Positions 1-10,499 are shown, counted from the stretch's first letter. The stretch: DNA of 64,000 nt from an uncultured Gammaproteobacteria bacterium (GCA_964424615.1 CAYRIU010000046.1:525-64524); one strand, 5' to 3'. The notes: generated by a model from the sequence alone, not told the origin. Numbers and translations are program-made.

Positions 1-1138
1 CCAAAGTAAATATCAATTTGAAGGCTATGATATCGCTAGGTATAAAAAATAAAGCAAAATAAATCAATAAAATTGCCAATAGTTTGCCCAAAACTAAACT
101 CATTTCAAAAAATACTACTTTGGTCATGATGTGCTGATGACTATCACTATGCACTATCTTGGCCCTATCATAAGTGATGGCCGTCAATGGCACGCTGAGA
201 GTATTTTTACCCAAACGTGAAAAAGTATCTAGAAAAAATACACCAGTAGCATTGGCAACAAATATTCTAATAAACCAAGATAGAGAATAAAAAGCACTAC
301 TTAAGGACAAAATATTTTTTTTATTGTGCTGATCGGTCAGCTGACCGACATACATAGTGATCAAAGCCGTCACCAAAGTAGCCAAGGCAATAATAGCACC
401 CATATCAAAAGCATCAGCTATAATAGTAGAGATAAACACTGGCCAAATAACCAAAACTATAAACTCCTCACCAAAACCTAGGTAAGCCAATAATTCTTGT
501 CGGCGTTCTTTTTTGAAAAGTAATTTGAAACTATTGGTATAGCTAAATGATTCTGGTGTAAAAACTTCCTTGGTCAATAGTGGTGGTATATTTGATACAA
601 AAAATATTATAGAAACCACAACAAACAGCACATTGAAACCAAACTGCGAGATGATCAAACCAGCTAAAGCTGGACCGATGATATACATCAAGGAAGTAGC
701 TACATTCATAAAGCTAACTTCTTTGCCCTCCTCTGTCTTGCCAATATACTTAGCAAAGTTGGCATGATAAGCTGGCCAATAAAATAATTTTTGCAAAGTC
801 AAAATGATGGCAGCCACATAAAACAACGATGGCACAAACTGCACAAAATACAAACTAATATAAAATAAAGCATATAGACAACTGCCTACTGCTAGACTGG
901 CCTCATAACCATAACGCTTCGCAAATTTGGCACCAAATGGCACCAAAAAAAGATAGCCCACATAGGTCACCAAATAAAACAACACTATTTTTTGTAAAGA
1001 ATACCCTATATCATATAGATATATAGGCTCCCAAAACATGACCATGGCCAAACCAAAATTGACAATAATAGTAGAAATATATAGTTCACGCACTTCTTGA
1101 CGCACCTTAGATGGAAATAGTGATGTAAAAAAACCCAT
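1..1138 (-). CDS. MFS-type multi-pass membrane transporter. Start ATG at 1136-1138 on the minus strand; the C-terminus runs off the left window edge.
   Basis: My own translation of the minus strand from 1138 gives MGFFTSLFPSKVRQEVRELYISTIIVNFGLAMVMFWEPIYLYD..., continuous to base 1, with about 12 hydrophobic helices. It is not in the ORF track because it is truncated at the edge. Confidence 0.6.
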   Translation of the reverse strand, partial: MGFFTSLFPSKVRQEVRELYISTIIVNFGLAMVMFWEPIYLYDIGYSLQKIVLFYLVTYVGYLFLVPFGAKFAKRYGYEASLAVGSCLYALFYISLYFVQFVPSLFYVAAIILTLQKLFYWPAYHANFAKYIGKTEEGKEVSFMNVATSLMYIIGPALAGLIISQFGFNVLFVVVSIIFFVSNIPPLLTKEVFTPESFSYTNSFKLLFKKERRQELLAYLGFGEEFIVLVIWPVFISTIIADAFDMGAIIALATLVTALITMYVGQLTDQHNKKNILSLSSAFYSLSWFIRIFVANATGVFFLDTFSRLGKNTLSVPLTAITYDRAKIVHSDSHQHIMTKVVFFEMSLVLGKLLAILLIYFALFFIPSDIIAFKLIFTL

Positions 1139-1171
1139 GTGTAGCATATGCTTGCCTATTTAAAAAAAATA

Positions 1172-1777
1172 TTAATTAATAATAATTTTACCCTGACGCA
1201 AAACCTCCACTGCGCCTGCTTCTATTTTGATGATAGTAGAAGGTGGGGTCAATGGTAGATTGCCAGCATTGATCAATAAATCTGGCTGTATATCTAGGTG
1301 AGCAAATTGCTCTTTGATGTGATCCACGCTGTACAATGCCTCTCTACCAGATATATTGGCCGAAGTACTGACCAAGGGCATCTGACTGATACGAGTCAAT
1401 TTTTGACAAAAGGTATTACTAGAAATACGCAAACCCAAAGTCTCAGGAAAATATTTTTTCTGACCATAAAAGCGACAAGGTAAAACCATGGTCAAAGCAC
1501 CTGGCCAATATTTGGCAGCCAACTGCCTAGCCTGATCATCAAAAATTACCAATTTTTCAGCCATGGCTAAATCAGAGACAATAGCTGTCAAAAATTTATT
1601 CTCTGCCCGTTGTTTTATGGCATATACTTTGGCTACTGCCACATCACTAAAATAATCAGCGCCCAAACCATAGGCAGTCTCAGTAGGATAGACAATCACT
1701 CCCCCCGCAGCCAAAACCTTGACCGCCTCAGCAATTATCTCGTCTAAATTATTGTGCTGCAAAAATATTTCCCTCAT
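1172..1777 (-). CDS. tsaC: L-threonylcarbamoyladenylate synthase (TsaC/YrdC/Sua5 family).
   Basis: 201 aa with the VYPTETAYGLG motif typical of YrdC; TAA stop. Start overlaps the leuS stop by one base at 1777. Confidence 0.8.
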   Translation of the reverse strand: MREIFLQHNNLDEIIAEAVKVLAAGGVIVYPTETAYGLGADYFSDVAVAKVYAIKQRAENKFLTAIVSDLAMAEKLVIFDDQARQLAAKYWPGALTMVLPCRFYGQKKYFPETLGLRISSNTFCQKLTRISQMPLVSTSANISGREALYSVDHIKEQFAHLDIQPDLLINAGNLPLTPPSTIIKIEAGAVEVLRQGKIIIN

Positions 1778-2553
1778 TAGACCACTAAACTAATAATTTT
1801 ATTTTTGACGTAAATAAATTTTTTTACACTAGCACCATTCAAAGCTTGTTTGACTTTTTCCCTAGACAAAATTTGCTCCTGCAAATCGGTACTATCCTCT
1901 GTATCCAAAGGCAACTCAATGGTATCGCGTAGCTTGCCATTGATCTGAATACCGACGGTGATCAATTTATTTTGTAATAAAGCTTGATCAAACTTTGGCC
2001 ACTGAGCTTTCACAATACTATCTTGGTGACCAAGTTGTTGCCACAATTCTTCTGTGATATGTGGAGCAAAGGGGCTGAGCAAGATAATAAATTTTTCAAA
2101 AACATCCTGTGATACCTGCTCTAATTTATCAAAAGTATTCAACAAAATCATCAGCTGAGAAACTGCGGTATTAAAACGCATAGCCATGATATCATCGCCT
2201 ATTTTTTTGATACTCTGATGCAACAAGCGTTCTACTTCTTGGTCTAGCTGGACATCAGGAGCTATCCTGTCTTGCCAATCCCAAACTCTGTTCAAAAATC
2301 TGACCAAACCAGACACGCCTTTGTCATCCCAGGCCATCGACTGATCAAAAGGTCCCATGAACATGATATACATACGTAAAGCATCTGCCCCGTACTGCTT
2401 AACATAATCGTCTGGATTGACGACATTGCCACGAGATTTTGACATTTTGACACCACCACTACCCAAAATCATGCCTTGAGCAGTGCGCTTGCGATATGGC
2501 TCTGACCCTACTTCTTTTGGTATCGCGCCAATGTCATACAAAAACTTAAACAC
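1777..2553 (-). CDS. leuS: Leucyl-tRNA synthetase C-terminal portion (KMSKS and anticodon-binding domains). It is a GTG-initiated ORF in the same frame, 9 nt downstream of the TAG.
   Basis: FKFLYDIG...GMILG...KMSKSRGNVVNPDD is the canonical continuation of LeuRS after HLLYSRFW. The intervening 9 nt encode SRF in frame. Confidence 0.8.
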   Translation of the reverse strand: MFKFLYDIGAIPKEVGSEPYRKRTAQGMILGSGGVKMSKSRGNVVNPDDYVKQYGADALRMYIMFMGPFDQSMAWDDKGVSGLVRFLNRVWDWQDRIAPDVQLDQEVERLLHQSIKKIGDDIMAMRFNTAVSQLMILLNTFDKLEQVSQDVFEKFIILLSPFAPHITEELWQQLGHQDSIVKAQWPKFDQALLQNKLITVGIQINGKLRDTIELPLDTEDSTDLQEQILSREKVKQALNGASVKKFIYVKNKIISLVV

Positions 2554-2562
2554 AAAACGAGA

Positions 2563-4236
2563 CTACAAAAGGTGCAAAGTAGTATGATCATTGCCACCGT
2601 TGTACCAATCAACAGGTAGCCAATATTTGATTTTTTTTGGATCAGCTAGCTGCTTATCATTCTTGGCATCAGTATAGCGTATAAAATACCAATTTGAGCC
2701 AGCCCAATTTGGCATGGTGTCGGTTTCTCTCCTGGCTTCACCACCACATTTTGGACAAGTAGTCTTAGCCCAATCCTCTAGCTTGGCTAATGGTGACTGG
2801 CCTTCTGGACCTGGCTTGAAATCTTTGATATCTGGCAAGACTAGTGGCAAATCTTTTTCAGATAATGGCTGCCAATCACATTTACTACAATAAACCATAG
2901 GGATAGGCTCGCCCCAATATCTTTGTCTAGAAAATATCCAATCATGTAGACGATAGTTGACTGTCACTTTGCCAACTTTATTTTTTTGTAATAAATTCAA
3001 AATTTTTATCTTAAAATCATCGACAGTCAAACCAGTAAATTGACCAGAATTTATCATCACTCTACCATTGAGTGCCGGATAAGCCTCAACCGTAAGATCT
3101 CCTCCCTCTATCACTGGCACGATAGGTAGGTCATATTTTTTGGCAAACTCCCAATCCCTCTGATCATGAGCTGGTACAGCCATGATAGCTCCAGTGCCAT
3201 AGCCCATAGTCACATAGTCAGCTACAAAAATAGGTATTTCTTCTTTGCTGACAGGATTGATGGCTTTGAGGCCTTTTAGCTCCACACCAGTTTTATCTTT
3301 GGTGTTATCTGCTCTTTCTAGATCAGATTTTTTGGCAGCTTGATTGATATAGTCCTCTACTTCTGAAAAATTACTAATCTTATCAGCCAGCTGTCTGACT
3401 AGAAGATGCTCAGGAGCTACCACCATAAAAGTCACACCAAATAATGTATCTGGACGAGTAGTAAATACTTTTAATTTTTCGCCCGAATCACTCAGTGCAA
3501 AATCAATCTCTGCACCCTCAGAGCGACCGATCCAATTTCTCTGCTGAACTTTGATCTGCTCCAAAAAATCTACTTTATCCAAATCTTCAATCAAACGATC
3601 GGCATACTTGGTAATTCTCAAGAGCCACTGCTCTTTTTCTTTTTTCTCCACTGCACTACCACAACGCTCACAATTACCACTGATCACTTCTTCGTTGGCG
3701 AGTCCTATCAAACAAGAAGGGCACCAATTTATCTTTTCTTTGGCTTTGTAAGCTAAACCATTTTTCCACATTTGGATAAAAATCCACTGTGTCCAGTGAT
3801 AATAGCTTGGATCAGTAGTCTCCAAAAATCTAGACCAATCAAAACTATAGCCAACCAATCTTAACTGACGAATGTAATTATCAATATTTTTTCTAGTGGT
3901 CTCTTGGGGTGGGATATTTTTTTTGACTGCATAGTTTTCAGCTGGCAAACCAAAAGCATCCATACCCATAGGATAAAGAACATTCTTACCCAAAAAACGC
4001 TGATAACGAGCAATCACATCCATAGCAGTATAGGAGCGCAAATGACCAGCATGCAAGCCCTCGCCAGATGGATAAGGAAATTCTACTAAACCATAAAATT
4101 TCTCAGATCCCTGATCGGCTGATAAAAAAGTATTGTTTTCTTGCCAATATTTTTGCCACTTTGACTCTATTTTACTTGGCTGATATTTTGAAAATTTACC
4201 CATAATAATGCAAAAATTATGAAATAATTCTACCAT
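2563..4236 (-). CDS. leuS: Leucyl-tRNA synthetase, N-terminal 557-aa portion, ending ...HTTLHLL at an in-frame TAG (2563-2565).
   Basis: HIGH-type motif (HAGH), CP1 editing domain, Zn-finger-like CxxC pairs. The ORF stops at TAG exactly where LeuRS normally has Tyr in HLLY. Confidence 0.85.
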   Translation of the reverse strand: MVELFHNFCIIMGKFSKYQPSKIESKWQKYWQENNTFLSADQGSEKFYGLVEFPYPSGEGLHAGHLRSYTAMDVIARYQRFLGKNVLYPMGMDAFGLPAENYAVKKNIPPQETTRKNIDNYIRQLRLVGYSFDWSRFLETTDPSYYHWTQWIFIQMWKNGLAYKAKEKINWCPSCLIGLANEEVISGNCERCGSAVEKKEKEQWLLRITKYADRLIEDLDKVDFLEQIKVQQRNWIGRSEGAEIDFALSDSGEKLKVFTTRPDTLFGVTFMVVAPEHLLVRQLADKISNFSEVEDYINQAAKKSDLERADNTKDKTGVELKGLKAINPVSKEEIPIFVADYVTMGYGTGAIMAVPAHDQRDWEFAKKYDLPIVPVIEGGDLTVEAYPALNGRVMINSGQFTGLTVDDFKIKILNLLQKNKVGKVTVNYRLHDWIFSRQRYWGEPIPMVYCSKCDWQPLSEKDLPLVLPDIKDFKPGPEGQSPLAKLEDWAKTTCPKCGGEARRETDTMPNWAGSNWYFIRYTDAKNDKQLADPKKIKYWLPVDWYNGGNDHTTLHLL

Positions 4237-4258
4237 TTAGCTTAGCAAAAATCAACTT

Positions 4259-5719
4259 ATGACTAATTCCCACTCCTCGACAAAAAGACCTGATTATGAT
4301 ATAGTAGCTATTGCTAATAGTGCCTTATCAATAAGTTATAATATTATTAGTATATTCATCAAAAAGATATTTACCAGATTGGCTATCAAAATAGCTGATT
4401 TTTTGATTTGGTCAAAAAGAAAAATGCCATTTGTTTTTCGACCATTGTTTAAACTTATTTCACTAATACTCAAAATAATTTTTTTACCTTTTGTACTTTT
4501 GATTTATAAAAATATTGTTTTGATAAAAATAAAACTAAAGAATAAAAAAATAAAGGATACTGCCTTAATAATATTTATCCAAAAATATTTAGCTGGCACT
4601 GTCATTGCTCTCATCATCATAGGTACTACTACTAGCAATATCTTTGCCCAAAACTATAGTACTGATGAATACGCCCAAAAGACACTACTCTCTACTTTGG
4701 TAAAAAATGACTCAGCTAGCTGGAGTGAAATCATAGAGGAAAAAGCGCCTGTCGCTAGAGTAGTCACTAGTCCCAACTATATTGCTGGTACTGATGTACT
4801 ACAAGAACCGCTGAGCAACAATACTGGTAATAGCAATAGTGGTGAAATTATCACCCTATCACCAGACGCCACTAGCTTGGTCATGCTCAATTCTGATGAA
4901 GATATACTGGATGTGCCTGTGCCTGGTCGCACTGAAAACATAGACTATATAGTACAAGCTGGTGATACCTTGAGTGGTATTGCTCAAAAATTTGACATCA
5001 CAGTCAACACCATACTCTGGTCAAACAATCTAACATGGAATAGCACCATAAAGCCAGGCGTCAAACTAGTCATACTACCATCCTCTGGCTTGAGCTACAC
5101 CATACAAAAAGGAGACAACTTAGCGGCTGTTGCCAAAAAATATCAAGCTGATGTTGATAAAATATTAGCCTACAACAACCTAGACAGTGTCTCTGCTATC
5201 AAAGCTGGCAATACCATATTCATCCCTGATGGCATCAAGCCAACGCAAGTTGTCTCATCTTACAAGGCACCAAGCTTGGCTAGCCAACCAAAGCCTACTG
5301 CTAATACAGCTACCTATGGCGATGATGAGTTGCCTCCAGCTAGCGATCTATCAGCCAATACAAAATTCTTGTGGCCAACACTTAGCCACAGAATCACTCA
5401 ATACTTTAGTTGGGTACATACTGGTCTAGATATCGGCGACAAAGTCGGCAACCCAATCTACGCGGCGGATGATGGCAAGGTGCAGATATCTGGCTGGAAT
5501 AGTGGCGGTTATGGTAACTATGTAATCATCAACCATGGTAATGGTCTACATACTGTCTATGGACACGCTAGTAAACTTCTAGTAAAAACTGGCGAAGTAG
5601 TCACTCGTGGACAAGTGATAGCTCTCATAGGCTCCACTGGCAGATCAACCGGCCCACACTTGCACTTGGAAGTCAGGCTCAATGGTACTAGGAAAAATCC
5701 TATTAACTACATCAAATAA
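4259..5719 (+). CDS. Membrane-anchored LysM-repeat M23-family metallopeptidase. The annotated N-terminus may be over-extended; alternative start near MPFVF.
   Basis: Two LysM-like repeats (YIVQAGDTLSGIAQKF, YTIQKGDNLAAVAKKY) plus a C-terminal M23 domain (HTGLDI...GPHLHLEV). Confidence 0.8.
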   Translation: MTNSHSSTKRPDYDIVAIANSALSISYNIISIFIKKIFTRLAIKIADFLIWSKRKMPFVFRPLFKLISLILKIIFLPFVLLIYKNIVLIKIKLKNKKIKDTALIIFIQKYLAGTVIALIIIGTTTSNIFAQNYSTDEYAQKTLLSTLVKNDSASWSEIIEEKAPVARVVTSPNYIAGTDVLQEPLSNNTGNSNSGEIITLSPDATSLVMLNSDEDILDVPVPGRTENIDYIVQAGDTLSGIAQKFDITVNTILWSNNLTWNSTIKPGVKLVILPSSGLSYTIQKGDNLAAVAKKYQADVDKILAYNNLDSVSAIKAGNTIFIPDGIKPTQVVSSYKAPSLASQPKPTANTATYGDDELPPASDLSANTKFLWPTLSHRITQYFSWVHTGLDIGDKVGNPIYAADDGKVQISGWNSGGYGNYVIINHGNGLHTVYGHASKLLVKTGEVVTRGQVIALIGSTGRSTGPHLHLEVRLNGTRKNPINYIK

Positions 5720-5782
5720 AAAGCTAAAATAAAAATCACCCAAAGATTTATCAATGGGTGATTTTTTATTAAATTATATTCA

Positions 5783-6175
5783 TTAGCTCTGCAACCACAA
5801 CAACAAAATACCTAACCAAGAAACATTAAACAGTAAAAAGCTAAACCAAGGTTTGACATTGAATCTTTTATTGATCGGAATCACCAAAAAAGACCAAGCA
5901 ATCAACAAAAATAATATACCTAGGCTATTAATCCCGCGATCAATGTATATACCAGAAAAATAATATATCACCAAAACAAATAATATAGTATTAATCAAAG
6001 CAAAAACAGCAGCCACAATATCATATCGTGTCTGCATGTTTCTCTTGAGTAGATCCATACTCATTTCTAAAAATGTAGAAACAAAAAAATAAAAAAATAA
6101 ACTAACAAATATAGCCCAAAAAACAAAACTCAAATAATCACGATAATCTAGATAAAAATTTACTAGCCACAACAT
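5783..6175 (-). CDS. Hypothetical small integral membrane protein.
   Basis: 130 aa, about 4 hydrophobic helices, no recognisable motif. Confidence 0.4.
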   Translation of the reverse strand: MLWLVNFYLDYRDYLSFVFWAIFVSLFFYFFVSTFLEMSMDLLKRNMQTRYDIVAAVFALINTILFVLVIYYFSGIYIDRGINSLGILFLLIAWSFLVIPINKRFNVKPWFSFLLFNVSWLGILLLWLQS

Positions 6176-6270
6176 ATATTTATAAAATAATTATACCATA
6201 AAATCATTGCTTATCAAAAAACCAGATCACACTATAGGAGTTTGATCTGGCGGTAAATATTTATCAAAAA

Positions 6271-6735
6271 TTATGGTTTGACCACGGTCCAAAGATTATT
6301 GACATTCTGACCGTTGGTATCTCCGGGTTTTAAGTCTTTGACATAGAGATATAGAGGCTTACCCATATAGCTCACTTGTAAAGTTTTATCCTCTCTCTCA
6401 AAAGTTCCCAAGGCACCAGGAGCTGATTTATCAGCTAGACCATTGTGCAGGGTCAAAAATGGTGGCCAATTTTTAGCACATTCGCCAGTGCAGCTACTCT
6501 TACCGTTTTTATCAGTTTTGAACTGATAAAGAGTGCGACCTTGTTTATCAACCAAGAAAGATCCCAAGGTAGCATTACCACCGGTTTTTAAGAATACAAT
6601 TTTGGCATTCTTGACTTTATTTTCGTAGCTATTGCGAAGACCTGGTACTAGTGACCAGAGCAAAAAAGCTGCACCAACAAAAGCAAAGAACAAAGCCATT
6701 GTTTTCCAAAAATTAAATTTAACTTTTTTTGCCAT
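6271..6735 (-). CDS. Secreted protein/lipoprotein with Y-x-(F/W/Y)-x-x-D repeat motifs (COG4315-like).
   Basis: Signal peptide, repeated TLY.F..D..G motifs, and the CxxxCAxxWPP segment typical of this family. Confidence 0.55.
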   Translation of the reverse strand: MAKKVKFNFWKTMALFFAFVGAAFLLWSLVPGLRNSYENKVKNAKIVFLKTGGNATLGSFLVDKQGRTLYQFKTDKNGKSSCTGECAKNWPPFLTLHNGLADKSAPGALGTFEREDKTLQVSYMGKPLYLYVKDLKPGDTNGQNVNNLWTVVKP

Positions 6736-6886
6736 AAATATTTGTTTTAATTATTTATTTTTATAAAAGGATCGACCTTTCAACGTCGATAATATTATAA
6801 CATTTTTTTGAAAATAAAAAAATAGCTACCAATAGATAGCTATCTTTAATAACACATTACTAACAAAATTTTTATAATTTACTAAT

Positions 6887-7276
6887 CTATTCAGCCTTAA
6901 AATTTAAAGCTACCGAATTGATACAATATCTCTTGTGAGTAGGTTCTGGACCATCATCAAACACATGTCCCAAATGTGAGTCGCATCTAGCACACAAAAC
7001 TTCGGTGCGTTTCATGCCCAGAGAATCATCTGGACGCTCTATGATATAATTTTGGTCCAATGGTGAAAAATAGCTTGGCCAACCAGTGCCAGAATCAAAT
7101 TTGGCTTCCGAACGAAACAATGGTAAATCGCAAGCTGCACAATGATATGTGCCCAATTCTTGCTTTTCCCAAGCACATGAAAAGGGAGCCTCTGTACCAT
7201 GCTGACGCATGACGCTATACTGCTCCGGAGTCAATATAGCCTGCCATTCTGCTTCCGTTTTATTTATCTTATCCAT
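6887..7276 (-). CDS. msrB: Peptide-methionine (R)-S-oxide reductase MsrB.
   Basis: Two CxxC pairs, GTGWPSYF and RYCINS motifs. The stop codon is TAG, which shows TAG is used as a terminator in this genome. Confidence 0.9.
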   Translation of the reverse strand: MDKINKTEAEWQAILTPEQYSVMRQHGTEAPFSCAWEKQELGTYHCAACDLPLFRSEAKFDSGTGWPSYFSPLDQNYIIERPDDSLGMKRTEVLCARCDSHLGHVFDDGPEPTHKRYCINSVALNFKAE

Positions 7277-7284
7277 AAAATATA

Positions 7285-8601
7285 TTAGTTAAACAAGGTG
7301 TAAAATAAACCTACAACTGCAGCGGTCATAAAAATAAATGTCAACCAAACTAAAAAGCGTGATAAAAAATTACCACTATAATTACCCAATATTTTTTTAC
7401 TGCCATTTATCTTGGCTACTACAAACAACAATGGTACTGCTGCTACACCATTAAATACTGCTGTAAATACCAAAGCTTTAAATGGATTAATGCCAATAAA
7501 ATTAATCAATAAACCAATAAAAGTAGAAGCGACAATCACGGCGTAGAAACCCTTGGCTTGACTAAATCTTCTATACAGGCCTTCTTTCCAGCCCATAGCC
7601 TCTGCCAAAGCATAGGCAGCTGAACCAGCTAAGACTGGAATACCTAGTAGACCCAAACCTATAATACCCACCGCAAAAATATCTTTGGCTATCTGTCCAG
7701 AATTGGGAAATGACTGTACTAATGGCTCTAGAGCCCTAGCAGCATCGGCAGCTGAGTTGATATCCGTGATACCATTTTTGAAAAATACGGAAGCTGCAGT
7801 AATGACTATAAACCACTGACCAATCTGTGACCACAGCATACCAACAGCCGTGTCTACTCTCATGTTGCGTAAAAATTTTTTCAAACCATGGGGCTTACCA
7901 CCTTTTTGTGGTAAATTGTGATGTTCTATCTCCTCTTCCACCTCTTCAGAAGCCTGCCAAAAAAACATGTATGGTGTGATAGTGGTACCAAATACACCAG
8001 TGATAATAAATAAATAATCAAAATTAAACTGTATATTCGGTACAAAAGTAGCTACCCATATTTCTGACCAAGAATGTTCTATGATCAAAGCAGTAAAAAT
8101 ATAAGCTACCAATATCATGGCCAACCATTTCAAAAATTTTACATATTTTTTGTAGCTGACAAAAACTTCTAACCAAACTATCAAAACTGAAAAAATAATA
8201 GCATAAAAAGCAAAAGGTAAATTCCAAACTAATTCTGCGGCCGACGCCATAGCACCTATGTCAGCTCCGATATTTATAGTATTAGCAATGACTACCAAAA
8301 ATACCACCGCTGATAATACTTTTTTGGAAAAATTTTCTTTGACCACTCCAGCTAGACCCTTGCCAGTCACTGCACCGATACGCGCACAAGTCTCTTGGAT
8401 AGCAATCAAAAGCGGTAGCTGATACAAAGAAGCCCACAACTGACCAAAACCAAATTGCGCACCAGTCTGTGAGTAGGTGGCAATACCAGACGGATCATCA
8501 TCAGCTGCACCAGTAATAAGGCCCGGACCCAAAATACGTAAAAAACGACCCATCTTAGTAGATCTTTTTTCATTTAAATTTTTTTCTTTATTTTTAGACA
8601 T
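7285..8601 (-). CDS. mntH: NRAMP-family divalent metal (Mn/Fe) transporter.
   Basis: GPG...DDPSGIATYSQTGAQFG motif region of Nramp; multi-pass membrane protein of 438 aa. Confidence 0.7.
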   Translation of the reverse strand: MSKNKEKNLNEKRSTKMGRFLRILGPGLITGAADDDPSGIATYSQTGAQFGFGQLWASLYQLPLLIAIQETCARIGAVTGKGLAGVVKENFSKKVLSAVVFLVVIANTINIGADIGAMASAAELVWNLPFAFYAIIFSVLIVWLEVFVSYKKYVKFLKWLAMILVAYIFTALIIEHSWSEIWVATFVPNIQFNFDYLFIITGVFGTTITPYMFFWQASEEVEEEIEHHNLPQKGGKPHGLKKFLRNMRVDTAVGMLWSQIGQWFIVITAASVFFKNGITDINSAADAARALEPLVQSFPNSGQIAKDIFAVGIIGLGLLGIPVLAGSAAYALAEAMGWKEGLYRRFSQAKGFYAVIVASTFIGLLINFIGINPFKALVFTAVFNGVAAVPLLFVVAKINGSKKILGNYSGNFLSRFLVWLTFIFMTAAVVGLFYTLFN

Positions 8602-8684
8602 AAATAATGTTTATTCAAGCATCTAAAGTATAACAAAAAACTGCCTTTTTGGGCAGAGTCTATTCATAATAAACAATTTAAAAA

Positions 8685-9584
8685 CTAAATCAAAATAATA
8701 TACACACCTATAAACATAATGGCTGCACCTATGATTTTCTTAATCAATATCAAAGCGGAAATATCTTCTTTGATAATATTGGGTATCAAAAGAGTTAAAA
8801 TCGCACCAATAATAATGGAATAAAATGACTGTACCTGCATCAATACTGTGACCAAACCTACAGACGGGGCAATAACCAAGGCTTTTTTTATACTCATTTG
8901 ACCAAAAAAATCTAAAATATTATTCCAAAAAAACCAAATATATTTTCCGGTTGATGCTGTTGTTATGCCCCTGATAACTTGTCTTCTTATAGATGGAATA
9001 ATAAATAATAACAATCCTGCCAAGGCTGAGCCTAAATTATCAAGCATAAAATAATGCCAAAATGACATTTTGGTTAAACCATAATCAATGAATAAGGTCA
9101 TCACCGACCACATGATGATCGCTATCAGTATCATACCAAAACCTTTAATAAAAATTTTACCAATTCTTTCAAAGGAAATTGCAGTTGCACCAACTAGAAC
9201 AATTATAAATCCAACGAGCTCATTTGATGAGAGTGTTTGTCCTAAAAATATAAAAGCCAAAATTACAGTGATGACTGGTACAAGTTTAAAAAGAATAACC
9301 AAAGATGAAGTGTCACTTTGTTCCAGTGCTTTACCATAAAAACCATAAGAATAAATGAGTATTATGCCAGTCGCGATTGGTATTAGAGAATAAATATTTA
9401 ATACTGGCAGGCCGACAAACATAAAAATCAGAACAAAAAAAATCCAACTGGTAATTGTTGAAAAAAAAATAAAATCAAAAATTCCTTTAGTATACCTACC
9501 CAGTATATACTTATCAACAAAATTAGATAAGGCCCAAAATAATGGCGCAAGTAAGGATAAAAAAACCCAATTCATATTATACAA
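8685..9584 (-). CDS. DMT-superfamily (EamA-like) permease.
   Basis: 299 aa, about 10 TM helices in two EamA-like halves. Confidence 0.5.
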   Translation of the reverse strand: MYNMNWVFLSLLAPLFWALSNFVDKYILGRYTKGIFDFIFFSTITSWIFFVLIFMFVGLPVLNIYSLIPIATGIILIYSYGFYGKALEQSDTSSLVILFKLVPVITVILAFIFLGQTLSSNELVGFIIVLVGATAISFERIGKIFIKGFGMILIAIIMWSVMTLFIDYGLTKMSFWHYFMLDNLGSALAGLLLFIIPSIRRQVIRGITTASTGKYIWFFWNNILDFFGQMSIKKALVIAPSVGLVTVLMQVQSFYSIIIGAILTLLIPNIIKEDISALILIKKIIGAAIMFIGVYIILI

Positions 9585-9699
9585 ATACTATGTCTTAAAA
9601 TTAAAATTTTACTGGTGGAGGCACTTGCCTGCCGGCAGACAGGAAAGCCCACCGACGCCCTACGAACTTTGATGGGTAAATATTCTCACCTATTTTTTA

Positions 9700-9790
9700 T
9701 GGCGGTGGGAGAGGGATTTGAACCCCCGATACCCTTGCGGGTATACCGCATTTCGAGTGCGGCGCCTTCAACCAGCTCAGCCATCCCACC
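9700..9790 (-). tRNA. tRNA-Ser (anticodon CGA), class II with a long variable arm; CCA encoded.
   Basis: Hand-folded: acceptor GGTGGGA/TCCCACC, anticodon loop CTCGAAA, T-arm GGGGGTTCAAATCCCTC. Confidence 0.75.
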
Positions 9791-9946
9791 AATTAATGTG
9801 ATATAAATTATCTTAATAATATTGTTTTTTTAGTGTATTGTAAAGTCAAATACTATACTTTATAATAACAAAGAGGATCAAAGCCCTTAGTTGTCTATAA
9901 ACTACCGAGCAAGTCGTCCATGTTCTACACAACCCAAGGAGAAAAA

Positions 9947-10129
9947 ATGCTACTGCGCATCACCACCCACAGCGATTTGCCTGTGTGCTACTTTCACAAC
10001 AACCGTGTCTATCAATACTATCTCAAGAAGGGCACTTATCTGTGCCGCAAAATCGTCCATCCTTTTGGAGGTGGATTCGATGACTTGATCGTGCTATACA
10101 AGATCCGTCTGCTAGCGACCCTGCACTAG
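9947..10129 (+). CDS. Hypothetical 60-aa protein in the GC-rich island.
   Basis: AAGGAG SD 6 nt upstream of the ATG at 9947; GC-rich codons; no recognisable family. Confidence 0.35.
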   Translation: MLLRITTHSDLPVCYFHNNRVYQYYLKKGTYLCRKIVHPFGGGFDDLIVLYKIRLLATLH

Positions 10130-10499
10130 CACCTGATGCTTTGATTGGCCTCAGCCACTCAGCATTGATGACGCATGCCCATCGCTACAGCCAGTTTCCC
10201 GACCAAACCGTTCACATCGAAGAAGTTGCTGATACTCTGATCGCAGAAGTTCTGCTTGCAGCGAGCTCGACAGCTGCGACCAAGCCAATCGGCAAAGTCA
10301 TCCCTATGCCTCTCAGGTCCACACCCAGATTCGCACAAGCCGGAAAAAGTATTCGCTACCAAATCAAAACCACCCAGGTGTCGACTAGACACCGCGTCCA
10401 GAGATTTCACCCAGCTGCCCGTCGAGCTTGCTGAGAAATATCAGTAGGCAAACTTCTCCTTGACCATGGCCACCGAGACTCACATCGGTGGCCCTTTCT

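Noticed and set aside
570-767. 65-aa plus-strand ORF.
   Set aside because: It lies entirely inside the minus-strand MFS transporter gene.
2563-2565. Possibility that TAG is reassigned to a sense codon genome-wide (explaining the in-frame TAG in leuS).
   Set aside because: msrB (6887..7276) terminates at TAG at the expected C-terminal position. No other long gene in the window is split by TAG. Global recoding is therefore unlikely, and a local explanation is preferred.
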